From Hyphomicrobiales bacterium (GTDB taxonomy: Bacteria > Pseudomonadota > Alphaproteobacteria > Rhizobiales > JACESI01), in assembly GCA_039989895.1 (NCBI GenBank), contig JBDXGY010000006.1, positions 835,092 through 899,091 on the forward strand: a stretch of DNA of 64,000 nt, given 5' to 3'. Position numbers and translations under genes: made by a program. Under the pieces are notes generated by a model. It was not told the DNA's origin and did not search any database. It saw only the letters and a program-made list of their open reading frames with translations. Of this stretch, positions 21,912 through 32,802 are shown one piece after another (within the stretch, counting starts at the first letter, position 1; each line of letters begins with the position of its first letter).

Positions 21912-23237
21912 ATGTATAGAGCGGCGCGTGCACTTGTAATCAAGCCATCCAAAGATCAAAAGCTACCAGCCACGGCTTATGACAGCCCTTTGGAGCAGAT
22001 CATCAATCATGGTGTTATCACCGAAACGGTCTATGCAGGCAGCGACGTTGATTTGAGCGTCATTGACGTCTTACCAGATGTTGTAATTTTGGATGTTGGC
22101 TCCGCTTTAGACCCATCCGTTATGTCTGATTATTCAAAGCGTCTGTTATCCAACAAACTCTCTAAAGTGTTGCCAATCGTTGTGGTCGGCTCACCAAATG
22201 ACTTCAGTCTTTTTGATGTCAATCTACATCTTAATCACCGTGCACCTGCCCATGTGATTGCAAAGAAATTGAAACATCTCATTCGCGTAAACGCTATGAA
22301 AATTGAATATGCGCGTAGAATTGAAACCGCCCGTCTGTTTAATGTAGCTGCACCCGCTATTGAGAGTTTGCAAAGCCCTTCTTCTGAACGCTTATTGGTG
22401 GTCGGAAAAGGTGAGCGTTATTTTCAGCTTGCGTCAATTTTCAACGGCAGTGCTACCTTGAAATCAGCAGCAAATTTTGAAGAAGCGCGGACTTTGTTTG
22501 AGACCCATTCATTTGATTGCCTGATTATCGATACATTGGCCTATACAAATTTCGATATTGATACATTGAAGCAATTCAAACTGGATGCACGCTATTTCAC
22601 CCTTCCCGTACTACTTTTGCAAGAAGGGCTGGACACGAGCGAACAAGAAGCCCTTGTTGAAACCGGTATTTGTGATCTTTTTGATCTACATGGCGAGGCG
22701 AATGAAATTGTGACCCATACCAAGACGCTCATTCAGGCTGAAAAACTGCGAAGCGCCTTGTTGATGGCCTTTAAATCTCGCGGTTTTGACAAAATACGTG
22801 ATAAATCCACCAATCTGCCAAGCAACGAATTCTTTGAACGTCATCTCGATAAACTGGTACGACAAAGTCAAGCTTGGAAAACACCAATCGCATTTGGAAT
22901 GCTTGATGTTTCCGTCCTTTTCAACACCGAGACAGCAAGCGATAAGCAACGACAAGATGGCATCTTCGGACAAGTGGGTCAGACGATCGCCTCGCTCGTG
23001 CGCGCAGAGGACATTGCAACATATCGCGGCGATGGAAAGTTCATCGTAGCAGCTCCAAATTCATCAGGTCTGACCATCTCTGTTTTGATTGGCCGCATTA
23101 GTGCGGTTTTAAGCATGACAGAATTTTCAGTCGGCGGCCTTATGGGTAAAGTCGATGTTGATACTCATTATTTCGACTCCAAGCCTGAAGATAGTCTGGT
23201 GCAAATAATGGAAAGCCTCACCACAGCCTATGCTTGA
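21912..23237 (+). CDS. REC-like/REC-like/degenerate-GGDEF protein (PleD/PopA architecture)
   Basis: Two receiver-like folds lack the N-terminal acidic pair (VIKPSKD, VVGKGE). The C-terminal GGDEF-like domain has GDGKF at the active-site motif. An RAED (RxxD) sits five residues upstream of it. Confidence 0.6.
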   Translation: MYRAARALVIKPSKDQKLPATAYDSPLEQIINHGVITETVYAGSDVDLSVIDVLPDVVILDVGSALDPSVMSDYSKRLLSNKLSKVLPIVVVGSPNDFSLFDVNLHLNHRAPAHVIAKKLKHLIRVNAMKIEYARRIETARLFNVAAPAIESLQSPSSERLLVVGKGERYFQLASIFNGSATLKSAANFEEARTLFETHSFDCLIIDTLAYTNFDIDTLKQFKLDARYFTLPVLLLQEGLDTSEQEALVETGICDLFDLHGEANEIVTHTKTLIQAEKLRSALLMAFKSRGFDKIRDKSTNLPSNEFFERHLDKLVRQSQAWKTPIAFGMLDVSVLFNTETASDKQRQDGIFGQVGQTIASLVRAEDIATYRGDGKFIVAAPNSSGLTISVLIGRISAVLSMTEFSVGGLMGKVDVDTHYFDSKPEDSLVQIMESLTTAYA

Positions 23238-23311
23238 GAACCTCTGTGATTGTGCTATCTCTTGATTCAAGTCCTCAAAAGTGCGGGCTTGTATAATTCA
23301 GGAGAGTAGAA

Positions 23312-23968
23312 ATGATTGCCGAGCCACTCACCATAGATATTATTTCAGATGTAATGTGCCCATGGTGCTACATCGGGAAGCGGCGGTTAGAGCAGGCATT
23401 AGAGCTTGAGCCCAATATGAATGTGGAAATCAATTGGCGCCCTTTTCAACTCGATGCCACTATTCCAGCCAATGGTATGTCTCGACAAGAATATCTCAGC
23501 AAAAAATTTGGCAGTGAAGAAGACGCGCGGCAAATCTATTCACAAATCGAAGAAGCAGGCGAAGTCGAAGGCTTAGCCTTTGCCTTTGATTTAATTGAAA
23601 AATCCCCCAACACACTCAATGCGCACCGTCTAATTCGCTGGTCAAAAACAACAGGTCATCAAGGGCCATTGGTCGAGAAGCTGTTTAAATTGTTTTTTAT
23701 GGAAGGTGCAGACATCGGCGACAAAGCAGTACTCAGTGACGCGGCAGAAGAAATTGGCATGGACCGCGACGTCGTTGAACGATTGCTTGATGGCGACAGT
23801 GACATGAAGGAAGTTAAAGACGAGATTACCCATGCACAAACAATCGGCGTCACCGGTGTTCCGTGTTTTATCATCGACCAAAAATACGCCATTATGGGCG
23901 CTCAACAGCCGGAAACTTTGGTGCAAGCGCTACAACAAGCTTTAGCTGAACGCGACGCAGACACTTAA
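23312..23968 (+). CDS. DsbA/FrnE-family thiol oxidoreductase (2-hydroxychromene-2-carboxylate isomerase-like)
   Basis: N-terminal CPWC motif (DVMCPWCYIGKRRL) and FrnE-like length of 218 aa. Confidence 0.8.
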   Translation: MIAEPLTIDIISDVMCPWCYIGKRRLEQALELEPNMNVEINWRPFQLDATIPANGMSRQEYLSKKFGSEEDARQIYSQIEEAGEVEGLAFAFDLIEKSPNTLNAHRLIRWSKTTGHQGPLVEKLFKLFFMEGADIGDKAVLSDAAEEIGMDRDVVERLLDGDSDMKEVKDEITHAQTIGVTGVPCFIIDQKYAIMGAQQPETLVQALQQALAERDADT

Positions 23969-26900
23969 GTTTTTGCCAGTTTAGCAAGCTGCTTCAAGAT
24001 CACAGCACTGCCTTTAAGGCGTTTGGTCGGCACTGGCCAATCGCGCAAAATAACAACTCGCTGATCTGGCTTGATTTTAGCCAATCGTCCCTGCTCGCCA
24101 ATAAATTGAACCAGTCCTGCAGGGTTGGGAAACTCTTTGTTGCGGAAGGTCAAAACAACACCTTTTGGCCCCGCATCAACTTTTTCAACATTGGCAGTAC
24201 GACACAGGCCTTTGATGAAGACAATCTTCAAAAGATGCTCGACCTCATCTGGCAATGGTCCGAATCTGTCGATCAACTCAGCCCCAAAACCATCAATCTC
24301 TTTAGCATCTTGAAGGTCAGCAAGGCGACGATAAAGCGTTAGGCGCAAATTGAGATCAGGCACATAGTCCTCTGGTATTAAAACCGGCGTACCAACGGTA
24401 ATTTGTGGCGACCATTTGCCATCATCTTCCAGCTCACCACCAGCTTTTTGTTGGGCAACGGCTTCCTCTAGCATTTGTTGATAAAGTTCAAAACCAACCT
24501 CGCGCACATGGCCAGATTGTTCTTCACCCAAAAGATTACCCGAACCGCGCTGGTCAAGGTCATGACTAGCAAGCTGAAAACCCGCACCAAGGCTATCAAG
24601 CGATTGCAGTACTTTAAGGCGACGCTCGGCTGATTTCGTCAGTATCTTATTCACTGGCGTTGTCATGATCGCATAAGCGCGGGTTTTAGAACGCCCCACC
24701 CGCCCACGGATTTGATAAAGCTGTGACAGACCAAACATATCCGCTCTATGCACAATCAATGTATTGGCGCGCGGCACATCAAGGCCGGACTCGACAATTG
24801 TGGTGGCTAAAAGCACATCAAAACGCCCCTCGTAAAAGGCATTCATGATATCCTCCAACTCAGTTGGAGCCATTTGACCATGAGCAACCGCAACTTTCAG
24901 CTCTGGTACCTTTTCTCCTAAAAACTCTTTGATAGTGCGAATATCACTGACCCGCGGACACACATAAAAACTCTGTCCACCGCGATAATGTTCACGAAGT
25001 AGTGCCTCTCGCACGGTCAACCCATCAAAAGGAGAAACAAAAGTGCGGACTGCCAGCCTATCAATCGGCGCGGTGGTGATGAGTGATAATTCGCGCACGC
25101 CTGTTAAAGCCAACTGCAAGGTGCGCGGAATAGGTGTCGCGGATAGCGTCAACACATGCACATCACTCTTAAGCTCTTTCAGCCGTTCTTTGTGCTTCAC
25201 CCCAAAACGCTGTTCTTCATCAATAATAAGAAGGCCAAGGTCATTAAATTCAACCGCCTTACCAAGCAGCGCATGGGTGCCAACAACGATATCAACATCG
25301 CCCTCTTTCATGCCCGCTTTGGTATCACTCAAGGCTTTGCCGCCCACAAGGCGTGATGCCTGTTCAATACGCACAGGAAGACCGGCGAAACGCTCTTTGA
25401 AGGTTTTATGATGCTGACGAGCTAAAAGAGTTGTCGGCACAACGACCGCCACTTGTTTGCCATTCATCACCGCTACAAAGGCAGCGCGCAGTGCAACTTC
25501 TGTTTTACCAAAACCAACATCACCACAAATAAGCCGATCCATCGGGCGACCGGCAACCAGATCATCCAAAACGCTATCAATCGCATTCATCTGGTCTTCG
25601 GTTTCATCATAAGGAAACCGCGCTGCAAATTCACCATAAAGACCATCAGGCGTGGGAAGTGCTGTGGCAGTTCGAAGCGCGCGTTTGGCGGCGACGGCAA
25701 TCAACTGATCCGCCATTTCCAAAAGACGCTTTTTCAGCTTCGCCTTGCGTGACTGCCATGCTGTGCCACCAAGCCGATCAAGATGGGCATCCCCTTCAGC
25801 GGAAGAACCATAGCGCGACAAAAGCTCGATGTTTTCAACTGGCAAAAACAGACGGTCACCACCGTGATAGACAATCTCTAAACAATCATGTGGCGCACCA
25901 GCTGCCTCTATCGAGCGCAAGCCCTCAAAACGACCAATGCCGTGGTCAATATGAACAACCAGATCGCCTTCGCCAAGTGTGCCCACTTCAGAAATAAAAT
26001 CGGCATCCTTGCGGCGGCGCTTTGATTTGCGCACCATTCTGTCGCCTAAAATATCTTGTTCGCCAATGATGGAAAAGTTTGGCGCCTCAAAACCAGTTTC
26101 GAGCGGAAGTACAATCAAGGCTGCATGGTTTAGCGGTAGCGCCTGCACATCGTCCCATGTTTCACAGGTTTTAACCTGCTCCAACCCATGGTCCACAAGC
26201 ATTTGCCCCATGCGCTCGGCAGTCCCAACCGACCAACACGCGATAGCCACCCGAGATTTCTTCTTCTGCAAATCTATAATGTGAGTACCCGTTGCATCAA
26301 ATACATTGGCATTCTCATTACTACGCTCAGGCCCAAAATTACGACCTTGATTGCCTTGCAGATCAATCACGCGTCGGTCCGTTTCCATGATATTAAACGG
26401 CGACATATCAATACGCTGGCGTGCAACAATACCCTCCGCCAAAAGATTCGGTGATTGATAAAGCGTATCAGGCTGGACAGGCTTATAGGGTGTTGAGCCA
26501 TCGGATAACGCCTCATCCAGCGCGCTTTGGCGAGCATCAAAATGATCTTTCACCTGCGCAAAGCGGGCCTTCATCGCTTCATCGCACAAATGATCGAATA
26601 CAATGGGTGCTTTGCCAGTAAAACTTAAAATATCCTTCAATTCGTCGTGGAAAAACGGCAGCCAATGCTCCATACCCGCAAAACGCCGCCCTTCGCTCAC
26701 CGCCTGATAAAGGGCATCATCGCGTGTGGTGGCGCCAAAAGTCCGAACATAGGTTTCTCTAAAGCGTTTGATCCCTGCGTCATTCAATTGAATTTCGCTC
26801 ATGGGAACGAGTTCAAAGTTTGCTTTTTTTACAACCGATAACTGAGTATCTGCATCAAAAGTACGGATTGATTCCAATGTATCGCCAAAGAAATCGAGCC

Positions 26901-27456
26901 GCAGTGGTTCACCATCGCCGGGTGCATAAAGATCGATAATACCGCCACGCACAGCATATTCCCCGCGCTCGCGTACGCTCGGCGTTCGTTCAAACCCGTT
27001 ATCTTCCAACCAACCAACAATCTCATCCATATCAAACCGACTGCCCGGTTTTCCTGAAAGCGCTTGGCCGGTGAGCGTATGCGTTGCCGGTATTTTTTGA
27101 AGCGCTGCATTGGCTGTCATCAATAAAATGGTGGGCTTAGTGATGGCGTCCAAATTGCCAAGTTTCGATAAAGCCGCCATGCGTTCGGCGGAAACAGAAG
27201 CTGATGGCGACACACGGTCATAGGGAAGACAGTCCCATGCTGGTAGCGTGATGATATCGACATTTGGCGCAAAGAACCGCAGCGCCTCTTCAATCATCGA
27301 AAGACGGTTACCATCGCGCGCTACAAAAACCAGAGACAAGCCCTCGCCTTTTTTCGCTCGGATCATATCCGAAAGGACAAGCCCTTCCATCCCGTCCGGC
27401 ACACCCGACAGAATAACATCTTCTTCATTCTCAATAAATTCAGCGGTTGAATTCAT
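23965..27456 (-). CDS. mfd: transcription-repair coupling factor
   Basis: 1163 aa with a UvrB-homology region, the RNAP-interacting domain and SF2 translocase motifs (GDVGFGKTEVA, DEEQRFGV, TATPIPRT). Confidence 0.97.
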   Translation of the reverse strand: MNSTAEFIENEEDVILSGVPDGMEGLVLSDMIRAKKGEGLSLVFVARDGNRLSMIEEALRFFAPNVDIITLPAWDCLPYDRVSPSASVSAERMAALSKLGNLDAITKPTILLMTANAALQKIPATHTLTGQALSGKPGSRFDMDEIVGWLEDNGFERTPSVRERGEYAVRGGIIDLYAPGDGEPLRLDFFGDTLESIRTFDADTQLSVVKKANFELVPMSEIQLNDAGIKRFRETYVRTFGATTRDDALYQAVSEGRRFAGMEHWLPFFHDELKDILSFTGKAPIVFDHLCDEAMKARFAQVKDHFDARQSALDEALSDGSTPYKPVQPDTLYQSPNLLAEGIVARQRIDMSPFNIMETDRRVIDLQGNQGRNFGPERSNENANVFDATGTHIIDLQKKKSRVAIACWSVGTAERMGQMLVDHGLEQVKTCETWDDVQALPLNHAALIVLPLETGFEAPNFSIIGEQDILGDRMVRKSKRRRKDADFISEVGTLGEGDLVVHIDHGIGRFEGLRSIEAAGAPHDCLEIVYHGGDRLFLPVENIELLSRYGSSAEGDAHLDRLGGTAWQSRKAKLKKRLLEMADQLIAVAAKRALRTATALPTPDGLYGEFAARFPYDETEDQMNAIDSVLDDLVAGRPMDRLICGDVGFGKTEVALRAAFVAVMNGKQVAVVVPTTLLARQHHKTFKERFAGLPVRIEQASRLVGGKALSDTKAGMKEGDVDIVVGTHALLGKAVEFNDLGLLIIDEEQRFGVKHKERLKELKSDVHVLTLSATPIPRTLQLALTGVRELSLITTAPIDRLAVRTFVSPFDGLTVREALLREHYRGGQSFYVCPRVSDIRTIKEFLGEKVPELKVAVAHGQMAPTELEDIMNAFYEGRFDVLLATTIVESGLDVPRANTLIVHRADMFGLSQLYQIRGRVGRSKTRAYAIMTTPVNKILTKSAERRLKVLQSLDSLGAGFQLASHDLDQRGSGNLLGEEQSGHVREVGFELYQQMLEEAVAQQKAGGELEDDGKWSPQITVGTPVLIPEDYVPDLNLRLTLYRRLADLQDAKEIDGFGAELIDRFGPLPDEVEHLLKIVFIKGLCRTANVEKVDAGPKGVVLTFRNKEFPNPAGLVQFIGEQGRLAKIKPDQRVVILRDWPVPTKRLKGSAVILKQLAKLAKT

Positions 27457-27457
27457 A

Positions 27458-27751
27458 TTAGACGCTATGAAATGCCGCGATGCGGTCTATCACATGAGAA
27501 CGGTATTCTTCTGGCGTTTCTTGTTCCCCAGATATCCATTTGAAAAGTTCAATGTCGGGGGCACTCATCAAATGCTCCAAAATATCAAGGTCAGCCTCTG
27601 TCATTGTTGCCAGATGTTCATCTGCAAAATTTCCAAGCACAATGTCCATTTCTTTAATGCCGCGATGCCACGCGCGAAATAGAATTTTCTTGCGTCTGGC
27701 ATCAAGGCCACTGGATGAGATGGAAGGTCCGCTCGAATTTGCCATTGTCAT
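27458..27751 (-). CDS. sdhE: succinate dehydrogenase assembly factor 2 (FAD assembly factor SdhE)
   Basis: 97 aa with an RGxxExD-type motif (HRGIKEMDIVL). Lies 1 nt upstream of mfd. Confidence 0.85.
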   Translation of the reverse strand: MTMANSSGPSISSSGLDARRKKILFRAWHRGIKEMDIVLGNFADEHLATMTEADLDILEHLMSAPDIELFKWISGEQETPEEYRSHVIDRIAAFHSV

Positions 27752-27892
27752 TTATCCGTCTTGTCATCAAAGGGCTGTGGAAGGCTTTCACTTCACACAC
27801 GCTAAACGGTTCTATACCGCCTACAAAGCAACTAGGCTATAGTGTGTGACTTCAGTTATGATTTTATTCATTCGGTAGACCTAACCCTAGCT

Positions 27893-30007
27893 ATGACAAC
27901 CCGCCCAAACAATCTTGATTCCATGTTCAAACCGGCCACAACATTGGACGGTATCGGGCCAAAACTCGCTAAAATATTAGAAAAACTATTCCCCGCATTA
28001 CGTGTGGATCTGGAACCACGCGTTCTTGATTTAATACTGCATATGCCATCGGGCATGGTCGACAGACGCCAACAACCCGGCATTGCCAATGCTGAACCGG
28101 GGAAAATCGTTACCTTGAAGGTAAAAATTGACGAACATCGCCCACCCCCGCGCGGCAACAAAAGAGTGCCGTATAAAATTTCTGTCCATGATGAAACTGG
28201 CGATCTAACACTGATTTTCTTTCATGCCCATGGTGATTATCTAGCCAAGCAAATGCCAATTGGCGACATGCGCTATATCAGCGGTAAAGTGGATGATTTT
28301 GGCGGCATGCCGCAAATGACCCACCCTGACCACATCGTCAATGAAGAGCAATTCAAAAAACTACCTCTGATTGAGCCAATTTACCCAATGACAGCAGGCC
28401 TCTCGCCGAAAACATTTGGTAAAGCTTTGCGCCAAGGGCTTGGCCTTGTGCCTCCACTGCCAGAATGGATTGATCCATCTGTAATGGCACGAGAGAAATG
28501 GCCTTCATTCAAGACGGCGATTGAAACTGTGCATCTTCCCGTAGATGCCGAGCATTTTGGGCCTGAGAGTGCCGGTTTCCAGCGCCTTGCCTATGATGAG
28601 CTTCTGGCAAGCCAGCTAGCGCTTGCGTTGACACGGGCAAAGGTGCGTAAAACGCGCGGTATCGTAAAAACAGGCACAGGCACACACAAACAAAAGATTA
28701 TAAACGCCTTACCCTTTACCTTGACTGAATCGCAAGTTCAGGCGTTACAAGAAATAGAACTTGATTTAGAGGCACCTGAGCGCATGTTGCGTCTGCTACA
28801 AGGCGATGTAGGGGCTGGGAAAACGGTCGTCGGTCTTATGGCTATGGCGCACTCAGCCGAGGCTGGTTTTCAATCAGCCCTCATGGCCCCAACCGAAATT
28901 CTAGCTCGCCAGCACATGAAAACCATTGCACCGCTAGCTGAAGCCGCTGGTCTTCGGGCCGAAATTCTAACGGGGCGTGAAAAAGGCGCTCAGCGGACAG
29001 AGATACTGGACGCACTGCAACGCGGTGATATTCATATCATCATCGGCACTCATGCATTGTTTCAAGAAAGCGTTGTTTTCAACAAGCTTGGGTTTGTCAT
29101 CATCGACGAGCAGCACCGTTTTGGTGTCCATCAGCGCTTAGCTCTAACCTCTAAGGGTGAAGCCACGGACCTTTTGGTTATGACGGCAACTCCGATCCCA
29201 CGCACGTTGGTTTTGACCTATTTTGGCGACATGGATGTCTCAAAACTCCATGGAAAACCCGCAGGACGATTGCCGATTGACACACGCACCGTCTCAATAG
29301 ATCGTTTGCCCGACATCGCGGCCCGTATAAAAGCCGCCATCGATGAGGGTGAGAAAGTCTATTGGGTCTGCCCATTGGTGGAAGAAAATGAAGACCTTGA
29401 TTTTACCGCCGCCGAAGAACGCTACGCCTCGCTTTCAAAATTAGTGGGCGAAAAGGTAGCCCTCGTGCATGGACAAATGCCCGCAGACCAAAAAGACGCC
29501 GCCATGCAGCGCTTTGCAACAGGAGATGCCCGCATTTTGGTAGCAACTACCGTGATTGAAGTGGGCGTTGATGTGCCTGATGCCACCATCATGGTCATTG
29601 AACACGCCGAGCGCTTTGGTCTTGCCCAGCTACACCAATTACGTGGTCGCGTTGGGCGTGGACAGAAAAAATCCAACTGTGTCTTAATTTATAAAGGCCC
29701 ACTAAGTGAGGTGGGACGTGCGCGCCTTCAGGTGATGAAGGATACCGAAGACGGCTTCATTATTGCCGAAGAAGATTTGAAACTACGCGGCGAAGGCGAT
29801 CTGCTAGGTACACGACAAAGCGGCATGCCAGGTTTTAAAGTGGCTGACATGGCCTTTCACGCAGACCTTCTCGCAACAGCGAGAGACGATGCACGCCTGT
29901 TTTTATCAAAAGACCCTGATTTAACAGGCGCTCGCGGCGATGCGCTTCGTCGGCTTTTGTATATATTTGATAGAGATGAAGCGATAAGGCTGTTGCGAGC
30001 AGGATAA
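27893..30007 (+). CDS. recG: ATP-dependent DNA helicase RecG
   Basis: Wedge domain plus SF2 motifs (GDVGAGKT, DEQHRFGV, TATPIPRT, QLRGRVGRG). I prefer the ATG at 27893 to the track's GTG at 27842. Confidence 0.95.
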   Translation: MTTRPNNLDSMFKPATTLDGIGPKLAKILEKLFPALRVDLEPRVLDLILHMPSGMVDRRQQPGIANAEPGKIVTLKVKIDEHRPPPRGNKRVPYKISVHDETGDLTLIFFHAHGDYLAKQMPIGDMRYISGKVDDFGGMPQMTHPDHIVNEEQFKKLPLIEPIYPMTAGLSPKTFGKALRQGLGLVPPLPEWIDPSVMAREKWPSFKTAIETVHLPVDAEHFGPESAGFQRLAYDELLASQLALALTRAKVRKTRGIVKTGTGTHKQKIINALPFTLTESQVQALQEIELDLEAPERMLRLLQGDVGAGKTVVGLMAMAHSAEAGFQSALMAPTEILARQHMKTIAPLAEAAGLRAEILTGREKGAQRTEILDALQRGDIHIIIGTHALFQESVVFNKLGFVIIDEQHRFGVHQRLALTSKGEATDLLVMTATPIPRTLVLTYFGDMDVSKLHGKPAGRLPIDTRTVSIDRLPDIAARIKAAIDEGEKVYWVCPLVEENEDLDFTAAEERYASLSKLVGEKVALVHGQMPADQKDAAMQRFATGDARILVATTVIEVGVDVPDATIMVIEHAERFGLAQLHQLRGRVGRGQKKSNCVLIYKGPLSEVGRARLQVMKDTEDGFIIAEEDLKLRGEGDLLGTRQSGMPGFKVADMAFHADLLATARDDARLFLSKDPDLTGARGDALRRLLYIFDRDEAIRLLRAG

Positions 30008-30751
30008 TTATTCTGCCGTGTTATTTATGCATGTTTCAGCAAGCTCTTTCAATTTCTCATTATGGTCTGGCGAAACAAGACCCGCAGAAATAACCAGTTT
30101 AGCAGCCTCTTCAACGCTCATATCGAGAATACGAACATCGGATTCTTTTACAAACAGCAAAAAGCCAGACGTCGGATTTGGCGTGGTTGGCAAAAAGACG
30201 CCAATCACTTCATCGTTGCCCTTTTGCAATTTCTCTTTTACTTCGCCTTTGGCTTCAGTTGAAATAAAGACGACCGCATAAATACCTTTTCTCGGATATT
30301 CTATTAGGCCTGCTTGCTGAAAACTTTTTTGCTGTTGCGATAGTGCTGTTTCAAATATCTGTTTTAAGCCACTATAAAGATTGCGGATTAAGGGCATACG
30401 GCTGAGCAGGCGCTCGCCTGTCGCAATGATGCTGCGGCCTAAATAATTAGCTGTAATAAAGCCAAGAATGGTCAAGCCAAAAATTGCAACAAACAGACCA
30501 ACACCAGGAACAGAGAACGGCAGATAATTATCAGGGTTATAGATCGCCGGTATGAGCGGCTTTACTTTTTTATCGACGAAAGAAACAAAGGTCCACGTCA
30601 AGTAAAGTGTGATGCTAATGGGGGCCGCAATAACAAGGCCGGTCAAAAAATAGTTGCGAAGCCGCGTGAATAGGCCAGCCTTCTTAGGCGGAACATCACT
30701 TCCATTGCGTCTTTTCTTATTCGTCCTAATCGCGGCCATTAATCTTACCAA
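30008..30751 (-). CDS. DUF502-domain membrane protein
   Basis: Two N-terminal transmembrane helices and the conserved SRMPLIRNLYSGLKQ segment typical of DUF502. 247 aa. Confidence 0.7.
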   Translation of the reverse strand: MVRLMAAIRTNKKRRNGSDVPPKKAGLFTRLRNYFLTGLVIAAPISITLYLTWTFVSFVDKKVKPLIPAIYNPDNYLPFSVPGVGLFVAIFGLTILGFITANYLGRSIIATGERLLSRMPLIRNLYSGLKQIFETALSQQQKSFQQAGLIEYPRKGIYAVVFISTEAKGEVKEKLQKGNDEVIGVFLPTTPNPTSGFLLFVKESDVRILDMSVEEAAKLVISAGLVSPDHNEKLKELAETCINNTAE

Positions 30752-30846
30752 TTATAATATATAAGCACTTCACCAATGCACATAGTCCATTACATAGCTA
30801 TTTGTGACAAAGAACCAAGCTTAAACACTGTGCGAATGCTAAAGAT

Positions 30847-32673
30847 TTATTCTACCGTGACTGATTTTGCCAGATTTCGTGGTTGATCGACATCTGTTCC
30901 CATGAAAACAGCCGTATGATAGGCCAACAACTGAATAGGTATAGAATAGACCAAAGGTGTGATGGCTGAAGGCATATCGGGCAGCACAATCGTTTCAAGC
31001 GCCTCGATCGACGCTTCTTTCGCCCCTCGTCTGTCAGTAATCAAAACAATTTTGCCACCACGTGCAGCAACTTCCTGCATATTAGAGACTGTTTTTTCAA
31101 AAATATCATCAAAAGGCGCTATCACCACCACCGGCATATTTTCATCAATCAAGGCAATAGGCCCATGCTTCAACTCACCTGCCGCATAACCCTCTGCATG
31201 AATATATGAAATTTCTTTCAGCTTTAGCGCACCCTCAAGGGCGAGAGCGAATGATGTGCCACGGCCAAGATATAAAACATCCGTTGCTTTCGAGAGGTCT
31301 TTAGAAAGATGATCAATCGATTTTTCAAGCTGCAACGCCTGTTCAATATAGCTTGGCACCTCATTAAAGGCTGTAATGAGTTCTTTTTCGGCAACTGCAT
31401 CCAAATGTCCGCGCTGAACAGCGGCCGCAACCACAAGAGACGCAAGTGCGGCCAACTGACAAGTGAAAGCTTTTGTTGAAGCAACCCCAATTTCGGGTCC
31501 TGCAAGTGTGGGAAACACAATCGTGCTCTCACGCGCAATGGTGGATTCTTGCACATTTACAATCGATGCAATGGGCAAGCCTTCACTCTTACAATAACGC
31601 AGAGACGCAAGCGTATCAGCCGTTTCACCAGATTGAGAGATAAAAAGAGCCATCCCGTCTTTATCAAGCGGCATTTCGCGATACCGAAATTCTGAAGCCA
31701 CATCCATATCAACGGGCAAACGGGCAATTTTTTCAAACCAATATTTAGCCACAAGACCAGCATAATAAGCCGTGCCACAGGCAGAAAGATAAATACGGTT
31801 TATCTTTTTAAAATCAACAGGCAGTTCCTGTGGCAAGCGCACTTTACCCGCTTCAAGGTCAAGGTAGTGATTAAACGTACGCGCAACCACTTCGCCTTGT
31901 TCATAAATTTCCTTTTGCATGAAATGGCGATGATTGCCTTTTTCTGTCATTGTGGAAACAGCTATTGACGTTTGTATAGCGCGCGTTACTGGCGCATCAT
32001 TTTCATCAAAAATCTCAATTGACGTACGCGTGACAATCACCCAATCACCATCTTGCAAATAGGTGATATCGTTGGTGAAGGGCGATAAAGCGATAGCATC
32101 AGACCCAAGGAAATTTTCACCCTCGCCGTGCCCAATAGCAAGCGGACTGCCCTGACGCGCACCAATCATCAAGTCATTTTCACCGTGAAACAAAATCGCT
32201 AATGCAAAAGCGCCGGTTAACTTCTTAAGAGAAAGACGCACAGCATTGGCTGGTGTTTCTCCATTTGTGAGATAAACATCAATCAAATGAGCAATCACCT
32301 CAGTGTCGGTATCTGACTCAAAAGAATATCCCGCTGCCTCCAGCTCATCACGTAGCTCGCGAAAATTCTCGATAATTCCATTATGAACAACGGCAACCCG
32401 TTTGCTGCGATGCGGGTGCGCATTGCTAATGCTTGGCACGCCATGCGTTGCCCATCGGGTATGACCAATGCCGCTATGACCTGTAAGCGAGGTCTCTTCC
32501 AGCTTTTTCTCAAGATTGATGAGTTTGCCTTGAGCGCGGCAACGATCGAGAACATTATTTTCAAGCGTAGCAACACCCGCAGAATCATATCCGCGATATT
32601 CGAGCCGCTTCAATGCGTCGACCAATAATGGCGCAACAGGTTGCTTGCCTAAGATACCTACAATACCGCACAT
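30847..32673 (-). CDS. glmS: glutamine--fructose-6-phosphate aminotransferase
   Basis: N-terminal MCGIVG nucleophile, two SIS domains and a C-terminal ...SVTVE. 608 aa. Confidence 0.97.
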   Translation of the reverse strand: MCGIVGILGKQPVAPLLVDALKRLEYRGYDSAGVATLENNVLDRCRAQGKLINLEKKLEETSLTGHSGIGHTRWATHGVPSISNAHPHRSKRVAVVHNGIIENFRELRDELEAAGYSFESDTDTEVIAHLIDVYLTNGETPANAVRLSLKKLTGAFALAILFHGENDLMIGARQGSPLAIGHGEGENFLGSDAIALSPFTNDITYLQDGDWVIVTRTSIEIFDENDAPVTRAIQTSIAVSTMTEKGNHRHFMQKEIYEQGEVVARTFNHYLDLEAGKVRLPQELPVDFKKINRIYLSACGTAYYAGLVAKYWFEKIARLPVDMDVASEFRYREMPLDKDGMALFISQSGETADTLASLRYCKSEGLPIASIVNVQESTIARESTIVFPTLAGPEIGVASTKAFTCQLAALASLVVAAAVQRGHLDAVAEKELITAFNEVPSYIEQALQLEKSIDHLSKDLSKATDVLYLGRGTSFALALEGALKLKEISYIHAEGYAAGELKHGPIALIDENMPVVVIAPFDDIFEKTVSNMQEVAARGGKIVLITDRRGAKEASIEALETIVLPDMPSAITPLVYSIPIQLLAYHTAVFMGTDVDQPRNLAKSVTVE

Positions 32674-32802
32674 GATGTTATACCCAACCTTGCGTCATAA
32701 TTTTCATACTCTTAACTTGCGTTCTCATTATAGGAAAATCACGCCTCATTACATATTTTTACATGGTCAAGGTAAAGAAGCGCCATTGATAAGCGTATAA
32801 CG

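Noticed and set aside
32674-32802. glmS ribozyme upstream of glmS.
   Set aside because: The 129-bp gap shows no ribozyme-like conserved core. That element is characteristic of Gram-positive bacteria, not alphaproteobacteria.
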